Virus record (IMG/VR): IMGVR_UViG_3300014204_000124
Span: 32,001-96,000 of that record
DNA from: a virus
Lineage: Duplodnaviria; Caudoviricetes
Reading direction: 5' to 3' (one strand)
Length of the DNA: 64,000 bases
Shown here: positions 1 through 8,994 of the stretch, piece by piece
Layout of the letters: the number at the start of each line of letters is the position of its first letter
Position numbering within the stretch: position 1 is the stretch's first letter
The notes under the pieces: generated by a model
Seen by the model: only the letters and a program-made list of their open reading frames with translations
What the model was told of the DNA's origin: nothing
The model's database searches: none
Translations under genes and position numbers: made by a program

Positions 1-71
1 AGGCATTATCAGGTGGTGGGGCGTGAGCCAGCGCCAATGAAGCGAGCGATGGAGCGTATTGGAGGTGATTG

Positions 72-398
72 ATGAACCAGTTAGACAGGCTGAGGTTATT
101 GGTGGAAGCCAGTCAGCGGGGGGTTGCTCCTCGTACTGGGGAAGGCAAGGATATTCCGTCGTGGCGTCAGACGCTGAACAACGCACTGACTTATTCGTTT
201 GTGAACACGAATGTTTATCTCATTGTTGACGTTTTCAAGGACGGCGAGAAGGATACGACTGTGTCCGGCAGTGCGTCTAGGCTTTCCAGTTGGCTGGCCG
301 ATTTCCAGAAAACGAGTGGTGATGCTCGGGTCTCGGTTGAGATCAAGGCATTTTCTACGGATCGCAATTGGTCCAGGTCTAAGGCTGACGAGGTGTAA
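72..398 (+). CDS. Putative internal head (cargo) protein with shared N-terminal targeting peptide
   Basis: RBS GGAGG at 61-65; N-terminus MNQLDRLRLLVE|A matches the family peptide. Confidence 0.6.
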   Translation: MNQLDRLRLLVEASQRGVAPRTGEGKDIPSWRQTLNNALTYSFVNTNVYLIVDVFKDGEKDTTVSGSASRLSSWLADFQKTSGDARVSVEIKAFSTDRNWSRSKADEV

Positions 399-403
399 CT
401 CGG

Positions 404-1087
404 ATGATCCGTTACGGGAACAGGGCCAGGAAGGTGTCAGACGGGACGTTGACGCATTGGTCTAGCGTTGGCGGGTATGACCCTTCGATGGCCCAGCATC
501 CGGCTGCACTGAACCCGGCACTCTATACGGACTTTGCTGCGTGTGCGTTCTTTGTCGATAACGTATGCGGGTGGGACGACCTAGTCTTTCCTGCTGTTGG
601 GGTGAATCTGATTGGGCCTGCGGTTGACCCAACGGCAAACTTGACCTATATGACGCTGGATTTTACTGATGCTAAGGACTGCGTTGTTCATGTAACGTAT
701 CAAATGCCGCATAGTTGGAAGGTTGGTTCAAATGTCAACTTCCATATCCATTGGCAACCGTCGAATACGGACGTTGGAAGTTGCAACTGGGAGGTTCGGT
801 ATCAGTGGCGGAACGCTACAGGAGACGTTGCTTCGGCGGCGGTCTCGGCTTGGGCTCTTGTGCCGAAGGCCGTGACGCCTGGGGGTGTGGCGAGAGTAGC
901 GCAAATGGATACCCTTGCCAGCTTCATCGGAACTGGTAAAGGGGTGTCTTCTCTGCTACAGATAGAATTGCGAAGGCTCGGGACGACAGACGCTTTCACT
1001 GGAGATGCAATGCTGGTTTCGCTGGACTTGCACTATCAGATTGACACCGCTGGTTCTGTTACCGAGAGTAGCAAATATGGGTTATAG
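404..1087 (+). CDS. Hypothetical beta-rich protein, possibly virion-associated
   Basis: 227-aa ORF tightly packed between cargo-family genes; rich in Trp and predicted beta strands. Confidence 0.45.
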   Translation: MIRYGNRARKVSDGTLTHWSSVGGYDPSMAQHPAALNPALYTDFAACAFFVDNVCGWDDLVFPAVGVNLIGPAVDPTANLTYMTLDFTDAKDCVVHVTYQMPHSWKVGSNVNFHIHWQPSNTDVGSCNWEVRYQWRNATGDVASAAVSAWALVPKAVTPGGVARVAQMDTLASFIGTGKGVSSLLQIELRRLGTTDAFTGDAMLVSLDLHYQIDTAGSVTESSKYGL

Positions 1088-1137
1088 GTTCAGCATGGCG
1101 GGCCTGGGTTGGCCCTTGAGGATATACGAGGTGTAGT

Positions 1138-2475
1138 GTGGACGTTGTTGATCGATTCCGAATGGTGGTAGAGAGCAAGGCTATTGGGGCCGACAAGTCG
1201 GAAGAGATGGTTCGACGAGGTCTGAACACGTTTTCTGGGATGTACGATATTGCGTTGGAACAGTGGTTCTTGCGGGTGAACCGGCGGGAAGATGGGAAGG
1301 CTCGGAGTAGTCTGTTGCCGGGGAAAGCTAAGAAGGCATTGGCGAAGGTTTCGGCGTCTGTGAAGGCTTCGGTGAAGCCAGGGATGAGTGTGAAGCGGTG
1401 CTGGGGATTGTGGAAGGCAGCGGCGGCGGAAGCGTTTAGCGGGGAAGAGTACAAGAGTTTGTATGATAGCAAATGGGGTGAGTTGAAGCGAGCCAACGCC
1501 CAGTTGGACGCGTATTTTCGAGCCGCCAGTGACGGCGCAACGGAGGGTCTTATGAGAGATTTAGATAGGTTGAGAATGATTCTGGAAGCGGCTGACAAGA
1601 GTGTGACGAGGGTGAGGATATTGGCTCAGGCGCAGTCGGTCGAGGTCTGGGATAAGGACCGTCTTGTCATGGATTCCGAGAAGACCGATTTCCCGTTTGA
1701 GCCGAACTGGAAGGATTTACCAGGACTTGTAAAGCGTTGCCAGAAGGCATGGCCGAAGGCGAAAGTGGAGTTGAACGAATCGTTCGAATCTGACACGTTG
1801 AACCAACTTTTGGATATGGAAGTCGAACCTTCCCTGACAGAAGAGGGTGTCTCTGCGGACGGTTCTGCGATGATCGTCTTGAAGCTGGATTCTGAGTGGA
1901 AGAAGACGCAGAAGGCGTTGGTGGTAGTTGTCACGAAGGGGTTGGCAGCGGTGAATGCTTGGGCGAAGCAGCAGGGGCTGAAGTTCAAGAAGGCAGCGAA
2001 TCTGTTTGGCGGGGAGTACGTTGACGGGGAAGGCAACTTCTATGTGGCGTACCCTAAAATGCTGAAGGATGGTGCGGCTGAAGGCGGGCGTGTTGCTTGG
2101 GCTGAAGATGAGGACCGTGAGCCTGCGAATCTGGACGAAGCATCTGTGCCGCAGAAGTCGGAGGAAGCGTTCATTGCACCTATGGCGAAGGTAACGGGGA
2201 CGAAGTTCAAGTTGGGCCGAACGGTGATGACTGCCGGGGTCAATGCTGAGATTCAGGATACACCGGCTCTGGGTGGCTGGGTGGCTCAGTGTTTGCAGCG
2301 GCACGCCAAGGGCGACTGGGGCGACATTGACAAGGAAGACGAGGGTGAGAACGACAAGGCGTTGCAGAGCGGCGGGCGGCTCTTCTCCGTCTACAAGAAG
2401 GGGCGTGTAAAGATCTGGATTATCACAGAGGCAGATCGTAGTTCGACGACGGTGCTATTCCCGGATGAATACTAG
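1138..2475 (+). CDS. Multidomain putative internal head protein with two targeting peptides; C-terminal conserved plasmid/phage RH..GDWG...TT.L.P.EY domain
   Basis: MDVVDRFRMVVE|S at the start; second copy MRDLDRLRMILE|A at 1552 with its own GGAGGG; acidic linkers LNE|S, LTE|E, LDE|A. Confidence 0.65.
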   Translation: MDVVDRFRMVVESKAIGADKSEEMVRRGLNTFSGMYDIALEQWFLRVNRREDGKARSSLLPGKAKKALAKVSASVKASVKPGMSVKRCWGLWKAAAAEAFSGEEYKSLYDSKWGELKRANAQLDAYFRAASDGATEGLMRDLDRLRMILEAADKSVTRVRILAQAQSVEVWDKDRLVMDSEKTDFPFEPNWKDLPGLVKRCQKAWPKAKVELNESFESDTLNQLLDMEVEPSLTEEGVSADGSAMIVLKLDSEWKKTQKALVVVVTKGLAAVNAWAKQQGLKFKKAANLFGGEYVDGEGNFYVAYPKMLKDGAAEGGRVAWAEDEDREPANLDEASVPQKSEEAFIAPMAKVTGTKFKLGRTVMTAGVNAEIQDTPALGGWVAQCLQRHAKGDWGDIDKEDEGENDKALQSGGRLFSVYKKGRVKIWIITEADRSSTTVLFPDEY

Positions 2476-2483
2476 GGGGTGCC

Positions 2484-4718
2484 ATGAAAGCGATTGACCG
2501 GCTTGTGCGGGTGTTAGGGGAAGCGTTCGCAGACAGGGCAGAAGAGAGGGCTATGGTCTCTAATTTTGAGTCTGCGTTAAAGGCGTGGGTGAAGTCTTCC
2601 CCGAAAGAGTGGGGAGCGCGTGTTTCTGTACTAACGCCCATTATGAAGCGGTACGCTGGCACAGAGTTCCCGTTCTTGGTGATATTCGACGGGATATCTA
2701 GCGAAGGTCGCCCTGTCTCGTTCAAGTTGACGTATATCACAGCGGAGACGGCGGGGGGGTCTGGCGACGGTGGTATGGAGGTTGCTGCCCAGCATGGTGT
2801 TCCTGTGTGGAAGGGCCGTCGTTTCGACCGTTTATTTGTAGGTGACTTCAAGACTATCTGGCCCGAGTGGCTTGCGCATTGGGACGTTCGGATAAAGGCC
2901 GATATTGAGTCTGGGATTGAGGGAGGGAAGTTTGTTCTTGAGTCTTCCGATGACGAGTCGAATCTGACTGAGGCGGCGATAACAGGGGACAGTCTGTATG
3001 GCCCTGGGAAGGCTGCAAGCAAGTTCGTGAGGAAGCTGGATGTAACAGAGGCGGTGTTTCAACTGACCAAGTATTCTCTGCTGAATCCAGGTGTGATCAC
3101 GCTTGGCGGGAAGGCGGCGAAGGCAGTGTTTCGGGTGTCTGGCTACATTTTGATTGGTTTACCAGGGCGGGTGACGTTTTCAGCGGATTTTGACGATGTA
3201 GCGGTTCAAGTTGATATGGTGCTGGACGGGGAGAAGGCTACGGCGAAGGGTGCCACGGTTGCTTCTGGGATAGACTACGGGGACGCTATTGACGCTGAGG
3301 ATCTCATTGAGAAGCATCTTACGGATGGTGATGCTCTGAAGTTCTACGCCGATTTTTTTGATGATATTCAGGCGAAAGAGGTAGCCAAGGCAAGGGACGC
3401 TGAGGCTGCGAAGCATCCCGCACCTAAGTTTCGGGTTGGTGACAGAGTCTGGTTGCTCGACGACAAGTCTCGGGCTAGGGCTATGAAGTCGAAGGGGCTG
3501 TTCCGTATCGCGAAGTATCTGGGGATTAACACCGACATCCGGGGGGATGCTCACCAATATGAGATTGCTCTTCCTGGAGGAGTGCCGACAGCCGAGTACA
3601 CTAAGCGTTACGAAGGAGAACTTCGTGCTGCGACGTATGCGGAGATGAAGGCGTTTGAGAAGTTGAAGAAGGCGGTGAAGGAGGAGTTTGGAGAAGCGTC
3701 GGCAATGGACGTGACGGTGGTCACTCCTGACAACGAGTTGTCCGATTCGGAGTTGGCTGCCAGGATCAAGTCTTACGGCATCGACAGAAGGGCTGCATGG
3801 AGTCAGTTTGTCATAGCGAGGTCTTTGTCTCCACGTATGGATGCGAAGGACTTCATGGCTATTTTCGATGGAGTTTCGGCAAACCCTCACAAGAAGACGG
3901 TTCGGGTGGATTTCGAGCCTACGCATAGGTCAAAAGACAATCAGGGGCTGACGTGTATGGTGACCCAGCGTCTTCCCCAGCAGGTCCGCTATGTCTTGAG
4001 TCACGGGGGAACAGGGGCAGACCCAGTGTCTATGTTTGAAAAGGGGTGGATACCCATTGGTAAGTCTGAGTCCGTTTCCGAATCAGCGCCCAGTCCGAAA
4101 GCTGAGTGTTTCGAGGTGATGGGGAAGTTGTGGGCAGCGGTATTGAAGAAGACAGGTGCGGAGAAGGTTGCCGAGAAACTGAGCGGGGATGGTGCGAAGC
4201 CGTTCCAGGTCAACCTCGTGTTCATGGTTTCGGATCTGGCTGCCGACGTTCGCAATGCACCTATCGGACGGGGCATTCGCCAGTTCGGGCGTGGTCCTGG
4301 AGGGAGGCTCGGGATTGATCCGCCCGAATTGAGTCTGGAGGCTGCGAAGTGGTGGTATGACCAGACGGATGCGGTGCAATACACGATGACACGGGCGATT
4401 CTTGCGGAGTTTGCCAAATCCAAGGGAATCACCTATGACAAGAAGAAGATGATTGAGAGCGAGGACGAGTCTGAGCGGATGTTGATTGTCACCGATCTCG
4501 ACAGTCTGTATGCGAAGGCTCTGGCTGTGGACCGTCCGAAGAATTCCAATGTTCTGGAGACGGTTCGGCAGTTCTTGAAGCGTGTGCCTGGGTCTAAGCA
4601 ATATGAGTCCAGTGCGACGGGGGGGGAGGCTCCTACGGAAGCCGAGTTGACCTCTTGGGTTGGTGTTTTGAAGCGTTTTTTCTCTGACAACGGAGTGGAC
4701 TGCGGCTGCGAAGGCTAA
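2484..4718 (+). CDS. Large multidomain putative internal head polyprotein
   Basis: MKAIDRLVRVLGE|A start; linkers VLE|SSDDESNLTE|A, FGE|A, VSE|S, MIE|S; SH3/KOW-like segment KFRVGDRV. Confidence 0.65.
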   Translation: MKAIDRLVRVLGEAFADRAEERAMVSNFESALKAWVKSSPKEWGARVSVLTPIMKRYAGTEFPFLVIFDGISSEGRPVSFKLTYITAETAGGSGDGGMEVAAQHGVPVWKGRRFDRLFVGDFKTIWPEWLAHWDVRIKADIESGIEGGKFVLESSDDESNLTEAAITGDSLYGPGKAASKFVRKLDVTEAVFQLTKYSLLNPGVITLGGKAAKAVFRVSGYILIGLPGRVTFSADFDDVAVQVDMVLDGEKATAKGATVASGIDYGDAIDAEDLIEKHLTDGDALKFYADFFDDIQAKEVAKARDAEAAKHPAPKFRVGDRVWLLDDKSRARAMKSKGLFRIAKYLGINTDIRGDAHQYEIALPGGVPTAEYTKRYEGELRAATYAEMKAFEKLKKAVKEEFGEASAMDVTVVTPDNELSDSELAARIKSYGIDRRAAWSQFVIARSLSPRMDAKDFMAIFDGVSANPHKKTVRVDFEPTHRSKDNQGLTCMVTQRLPQQVRYVLSHGGTGADPVSMFEKGWIPIGKSESVSESAPSPKAECFEVMGKLWAAVLKKTGAEKVAEKLSGDGAKPFQVNLVFMVSDLAADVRNAPIGRGIRQFGRGPGGRLGIDPPELSLEAAKWWYDQTDAVQYTMTRAILAEFAKSKGITYDKKKMIESEDESERMLIVTDLDSLYAKALAVDRPKNSNVLETVRQFLKRVPGSKQYESSATGGEAPTEAELTSWVGVLKRFFSDNGVDCGCEG

Positions 4719-4725
4719 TTTATGC

Positions 4726-4753
4726 TTGACTACTCTCACGGTTCGATTATGCT
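4726..4753 (+). promoter_or_regulatory. Sigma70-like promoter, variant of the repeated phage promoter
   Basis: TTGACT-N16-TATGCT preceded by GAT. Confidence 0.7.
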
Positions 4754-4759
4754 ATGTCG

Positions 4760-5045
4760 TGAACGGTGAGGGGAAGACGTGATGATAGCGTTATTAGCGG
4801 TTGCGGCGGTCGTTTGGTGGTCCTTGATGGGCTTTCCTACGGCTCCGGTGCTTGCGCTATCACCCCCACTACTTGCCAACCTTCAGCCAATACTGAGCAG
4901 GGAGGGGTCCGTTGCTAGGATAGCAGGGGTGTGGTACAGGAAGTTCATTCTTCCACCGCCCCCTCTGTATGCTACATGTGGTCTTGGGACGCCTACGAAC
5001 GTTAACGGTGCGATTTTGATTGGGGGGGCGGAGAGCCGCCCCCGT
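4760..5045 (+). ncRNA. Candidate structured RNA or long structured leader
   Basis: Three consecutive hairpins after the promoter: TGATAGCG 4783-4790/CGCTATCA 4855-4862; TAGCA..GGAAG/CTTCC..TGCTA 4921-4974; GGGGGCGG-AGAG-CCGCCCCC 5024-5043. Confidence 0.35.
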
Positions 5046-5061
5046 GCTATAGGGGGAAAGG

Positions 5062-5436
5062 ATGTGGTGGTATCTGTTGGTTTCGTTTGGGGTGACTCAG
5101 ATTCTAACGACGAGCAAATTGTTTGGGCCGTGGCGCAATCGATTTCGTGCCAGGGTGGAGCGTTCTATGCGAGCGAGGGGATGTGAGGAGCAAGAGGTCC
5201 AGCGTTTTGCCGGGTATCTGGAGTGTCCGATGTGCGTGGGTGTTCCGGTGGGATTCGTTCTTTCCCAGGTCATGGGTGTCTACGCTTCTTTGGGGGGTTG
5301 GGTGGACCTACTGGGGGAAGGGTTCTGGGGCGAGGTTGTGTTCTTTGGAGTAGGTGGTCTGTTGGCGTCGTTTGCCGTCTCTGGTACAGCGTATGTTTTC
5401 ACGATGCTTGGACGGGTGTTGGAGAACCATGAGTAG
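5062..5436 (+). CDS. DUF1360-like membrane protein
   Basis: Hydrophobic helices with LECPMCVGV motif. Confidence 0.55.
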   Translation: MWWYLLVSFGVTQILTTSKLFGPWRNRFRARVERSMRARGCEEQEVQRFAGYLECPMCVGVPVGFVLSQVMGVYASLGGWVDLLGEGFWGEVVFFGVGGLLASFAVSGTAYVFTMLGRVLENHE

Positions 5437-5743
5437 GTGGTCGAGAGGCATTTTGCGAACTACCTATTTGCTGGCCCGCAGGGATGCAAACCATCCATGG
5501 CGAGTGTATCGGAAGGAGCGGTGGCGTCCGCGCCATCAGATATTGCGTGTGGAGTCAATAGAGGTTCGAGAGTTTGTTGAAGTGACGGATCGTGCTTCGT
5601 GGGACGAGGTTATCCGGTTGCGAAAGTCTGCGGCGAAGTTGAATGAGCAGGCTCGTGCGTTGGTTCGTCGAGTGAAGGCGACAGCAGAGTACGAGGCGTG
5701 GGAGAAGAGCGTTGAACCATATATCGGGAAGAGGCTGCTGTGA
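5429..5743 (+). CDS. Hypothetical protein
   Basis: RBS GGAG; overlaps both neighbours. Confidence 0.6.
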   Translation: MSRWSRGILRTTYLLARRDANHPWRVYRKERWRPRHQILRVESIEVREFVEVTDRASWDEVIRLRKSAAKLNEQARALVRRVKATAEYEAWEKSVEPYIGKRLL

Positions 5744-6372
5744 TTGTTACGATATGCCGCAAGCCTTTATCGGGAACTGTGGCTGCCAATGTCGAGCAAT
5801 GGCAGACGGGTGGGGTCAACGTTGACGGATGCCGTATTGGTACGACGAAGGACATTCCTTGGGGGTCTCCAAAATCAGTTGCTGCCAGTACGCATACCGT
5901 TTCAATGCCAGCGGGACGATTGACGGATAGTGCTTTTGATCCAAACATAGGCAGATGGCCTGCGAACTTCATTTTACAGCATAGTGCCGAATGCACTTGT
6001 GCTGGGGAGATAGAGGTAAAGTCCCAAAATGCAGTATTCAAAAATACAGAGGCGGGTAAAATAAATAACCATATTTATAGTGGGGGCATGAAAAGGAGGG
6101 GAAGGGGGGAGTATGGCCACGCGAACCAGAATGGTCTCAATACCATTCTGGATTGGGACTGCTCTGAGGGGTGCCCTGTGGGGGGGTTGAATGCTCAAAG
6201 CGGGGTTTGTTCCTCGACCTTATATGGGAGGATTCCCTATGGCGAGACAAGGCCAAATCCGGGCAAAACGGATAAGTCTCCCCTAGTTTACGGTGCTGGT
6301 CTTAATGCCCTGGTGTCAAACGTCTATTCAGATTCCGGGGGAGCCGCTCGGTTCTTTAAGCAGGTGAAGTGA
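5740..6372 (+). CDS. Central segment of a phage DNA methyltransferase, without catalytic motifs
   Basis: RKPLSGTVAANV..TGG.N.DGCRI, GRWPAN and GGAARFF segments typical of phage MTases; no DPPY or FxGSG motif. Confidence 0.55.
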   Translation: MIVTICRKPLSGTVAANVEQWQTGGVNVDGCRIGTTKDIPWGSPKSVAASTHTVSMPAGRLTDSAFDPNIGRWPANFILQHSAECTCAGEIEVKSQNAVFKNTEAGKINNHIYSGGMKRRGRGEYGHANQNGLNTILDWDCSEGCPVGGLNAQSGVCSSTLYGRIPYGETRPNPGKTDKSPLVYGAGLNALVSNVYSDSGGAARFFKQVK

Positions 6373-6423
6373 GCGGGTTCGCAACCCGATATTCGGGGCC
6401 GTTTCTTTTCCGAAAATAAATCC

Positions 6424-6486
6424 TTGACTTCTCCGGTGAGCTGATTATGCTGTAAGAGTCTGGTAGAGGAACCGGACATTGACAGC
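6424..6486 (+). promoter_or_regulatory. Repeated promoter-hairpin-TGACAGC element, copy 1
   Basis: TTGACT-N16-TATGCTGTAAG; hairpin GTCTGGT-AGAGGA-ACCGGAC; TTGACAGC; RBS GGAGG. Confidence 0.85.
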
Positions 6487-6500
6487 TTTCGGAGGACATC

Positions 6501-6731
6501 ATGTATGAAGTAGAAAATCTGAAGACTGGGGAATGTCGAGTCTCCTTCACGCTAAAGGATGCGAGGGAGATCGCCAGAGGCAAGACTCACTACGCGATAT
6601 GGGAAGGGGAGCTGGATGAGTTGGATGACGGAGGGTTCTATGGGAATCGTCGTGTGGAGCTTTGCGATCCTTACGAGGGAGACGACGACAGAGTGAAGCA
6701 GGCGTTGGGCCAGTCCGATTCAGTTCGATAA
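6501..6731 (+). CDS. Hypothetical early protein
   Basis: GGAGG RBS, first gene after the promoter. Confidence 0.7.
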   Translation: MYEVENLKTGECRVSFTLKDAREIARGKTHYAIWEGELDELDDGGFYGNRRVELCDPYEGDDDRVKQALGQSDSVR

Positions 6732-6747
6732 CAGCTAGGAGGATATT

Positions 6748-6951
6748 ATGAACAGAGAAATCAGAAATGCTTCTCCCAAGATCCTTCATGCTTTGCGTGC
6801 GTTGGATGCTTCGGAGCATACCGGATACAACGCATTGATCCCGGAGGGCCGTGAGAAGGCTGCGTGGGAACTGCTTTGCAGTGACCCGTGTGTGGTTCAA
6901 GTCGAGGCGATCTTCTACGGAGAGTTGTCTGACTCTGCGATGATGGGGTGA
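6748..6951 (+). CDS. Hypothetical protein
   Basis: AGGAGG RBS. Confidence 0.65.
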   Translation: MNREIRNASPKILHALRALDASEHTGYNALIPEGREKAAWELLCSDPCVVQVEAIFYGELSDSAMMG

Positions 6952-6954
6952 GCT

Positions 6955-7341
6955 ATGACTTTGGACGATGCGAAAAACTGGGTCGTTGAAGCGGTGCGTG
7001 CGGGCCGCTTCGGACGGGCACGCGATCTGTATAAAGAGAATTGTTTCCTGTGTGGCCGGGAAACGATTGAAGCCGTTTGGGCCACGGGTGCGATTTCGAA
7101 GCGGCAATTGAAGCGATACTTCGGCGTGAAGGTCGTTTCTCTGGATGCCGAGGACGCTGTCTGTGAGCACGGGATGTTTGCCAGCGACGTTGAATACTTG
7201 CGTCGTGAGGCGTGGTCGCATGGGATAATGTGGTCAGATGTCAAGACGATTTTTGCTGACAGTGACAGGAAAATTGCTGCGAAAGTGAAACGGTTCAACG
7301 ACAAGTTTGAACGGGAATTGCAGCGTCGTGGAATGTTCTAG
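6955..7341 (+). CDS. Hypothetical protein
   Basis: Packed ORF. Confidence 0.6.
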   Translation: MTLDDAKNWVVEAVRAGRFGRARDLYKENCFLCGRETIEAVWATGAISKRQLKRYFGVKVVSLDAEDAVCEHGMFASDVEYLRREAWSHGIMWSDVKTIFADSDRKIAAKVKRFNDKFERELQRRGMF

Positions 7342-7359
7342 TTGGCTAAGGAGAATGGA

Positions 7360-7728
7360 ATGGGGACAAATTACTACATGGAGCGAGGGGTTTGCCCTCA
7401 TTGCGACAAGTCTGAATTCGAGTTTCACATTGGCAAGTCTTCTATGGGGTGGGCGTTCACGTTACACGTCTATCCGGGGGGTGATTCTGGCTGGGCTGAT
7501 TCTCCAGAGACAAAGGGTTTCCCGCCCCGAACGTGGGAAGAGTGGAAGACAGAGTTGATGGTTCCGGGGACTCGTGTTGTTAACGAGTATGGGGATTGTG
7601 TTGCGTTCGATGAATTTGTGGAGACGGTAGAAGCCAGAGGGACTTCGTTTCGTCGGCATGATATCGGGCAATTTTGCCTGAGCCACGGGGAAGGGTCGTG
7701 GGATAATTGTACGGGGGTGTTCTCATGA
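7360..7728 (+). CDS. Conserved phage hypothetical protein (MGTNYY...HIGKSS.GW.F)
   Basis: AAGGAG RBS; recognisable phage motif and a CPHC knuckle. Confidence 0.65.
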   Translation: MGTNYYMERGVCPHCDKSEFEFHIGKSSMGWAFTLHVYPGGDSGWADSPETKGFPPRTWEEWKTELMVPGTRVVNEYGDCVAFDEFVETVEARGTSFRRHDIGQFCLSHGEGSWDNCTGVFS

Positions 7729-8993
7729 GAAAGCTCTTCATTTTGTTGTTTGTTTTGTCGTGTTCGGAGGGTGCCGAACCGGGCATGGAGGTTGACCCAA
7801 TTGAGGCTGGGATGCCGGGTGGGACTTGTTACGGGAACGGGACGTGCAATGAGGGGCTTGTTTGTAAGGCGTGGGTATGTGTGTATGCTTCGGATGTAGT
7901 GTCCGATTTGGAGGAGGTCGTCGCCCCGGACTTGGCCGAAGAGGTCTTTGTTCGGAAGGATGGGACTGAGGAAGTTGGCGACATACAGCCGAATTGCGAT
8001 TGTGGCTGGAGGGTCTGTGGGCCGGATGGTTGCGGTGGGAGTTGCGGGGATTGTGAGGGTACAGACGAGTGCGAGACGGGGCTTTGCGTTTGCCAGCCGA
8101 ACTGTGCGGGTAAGGAGTGTGGTGCCGATGGGTGCGGGGGAAGTTGCGGAAGTTGTTCGGTAACGGAGTTATGTGATACGGAGATTTGTGTTCCTGTGTG
8201 TGACATCAATGTGTGTGGGCCGAACGGGATGGGGGGGAGTTGTGGGGTGTGCGAGTATGAATGGGAAGAGTGTATTGAAGGGCAATGTGAAGTATACCCG
8301 TCTCCGGTGATTTGGGTTTCGATACCGGGCGGGTCGTTTGAAATGGGGTGTTCGCCGGGGGATACATTCTGCCAGGATGATGAGTATCCGGTGCATGTAG
8401 TGAACATATCATCGTTTGAGATGCAGGCGGCTGAGGTGACTGTGTGGCAATGGGTTTCCGTTTTTGGAACGGTGCCGGTCTGTCCTGGTCAAGGGACGGA
8501 TTCTGCGTACCCTGCGGGGTGTGCGACTTGGGAGAAGGCGGTTGAGTATTGTGAGGCGATTGGAGGCCGTTTACCGACTGAGGCTGAGTGGGAATATGCG
8601 GCACGGGGCGGGACGACGACGAGGTTCTACTGCGGCGATGATCCTGCGTGCGTGTACGATATTGGATGGGGGCGGTGGAATGCGCCGCATGGTGCTACTC
8701 AGAAGGTAATGGGGAAGTTGCCGAATGCTTATGGTTTGTACGATATGATTGGGAATGTTCGGGAGTGGACGGCTGATTACTATGGGCCGTACAATGTTTG
8801 GGAGCAGTATGATCCCAAGGGTCCGAGTGAGGGGGAGCATCGTGTTTCGAGGGGTGGTTCAGCGGCGGAAGGGACTACTGGGGTATCCAAAACTGTTCTG
8901 ATGAGTATATCGACTAGGCTTCCATTGTCCGTGGGACAGGGCTACCATCCCATAGCAAGTATGTGGCAGGGATTCCGCTGCGTGAGGGATTGA
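7725..8993 (+). CDS. Lipoprotein with Cys-rich repeats and a C-terminal FGE/SUMF1 (C-type-lectin fold) domain
   Basis: Lipobox VLSC; three CGxDGCGGSCG-type repeats; RLPTEAEWEYAARGG, NAYGLYDMIGNVREW, RGGS, GFRC. Confidence 0.9.
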   Translation: MRKLFILLFVLSCSEGAEPGMEVDPIEAGMPGGTCYGNGTCNEGLVCKAWVCVYASDVVSDLEEVVAPDLAEEVFVRKDGTEEVGDIQPNCDCGWRVCGPDGCGGSCGDCEGTDECETGLCVCQPNCAGKECGADGCGGSCGSCSVTELCDTEICVPVCDINVCGPNGMGGSCGVCEYEWEECIEGQCEVYPSPVIWVSIPGGSFEMGCSPGDTFCQDDEYPVHVVNISSFEMQAAEVTVWQWVSVFGTVPVCPGQGTDSAYPAGCATWEKAVEYCEAIGGRLPTEAEWEYAARGGTTTRFYCGDDPACVYDIGWGRWNAPHGATQKVMGKLPNAYGLYDMIGNVREWTADYYGPYNVWEQYDPKGPSEGEHRVSRGGSAAEGTTGVSKTVLMSISTRLPLSVGQGYHPIASMWQGFRCVRD

Positions 8994-8994
8994 T

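Noticed and set aside
4779-5186. 135-aa ORF with a hydrophobic N-terminus
   Set aside because: It overlaps the DUF1360-like gene by 125 bp and coincides with strong hairpins. It is left unannotated but not excluded.
6455-6480. AGAGGA hairpin loop as a CsrA/RsmA site
   Set aside because: It is not ANGGA and is present in only some copies of the element.
8850-8993. Complete diversity-generating retroelement
   Set aside because: No template repeat or reverse transcriptase is visible in the window.
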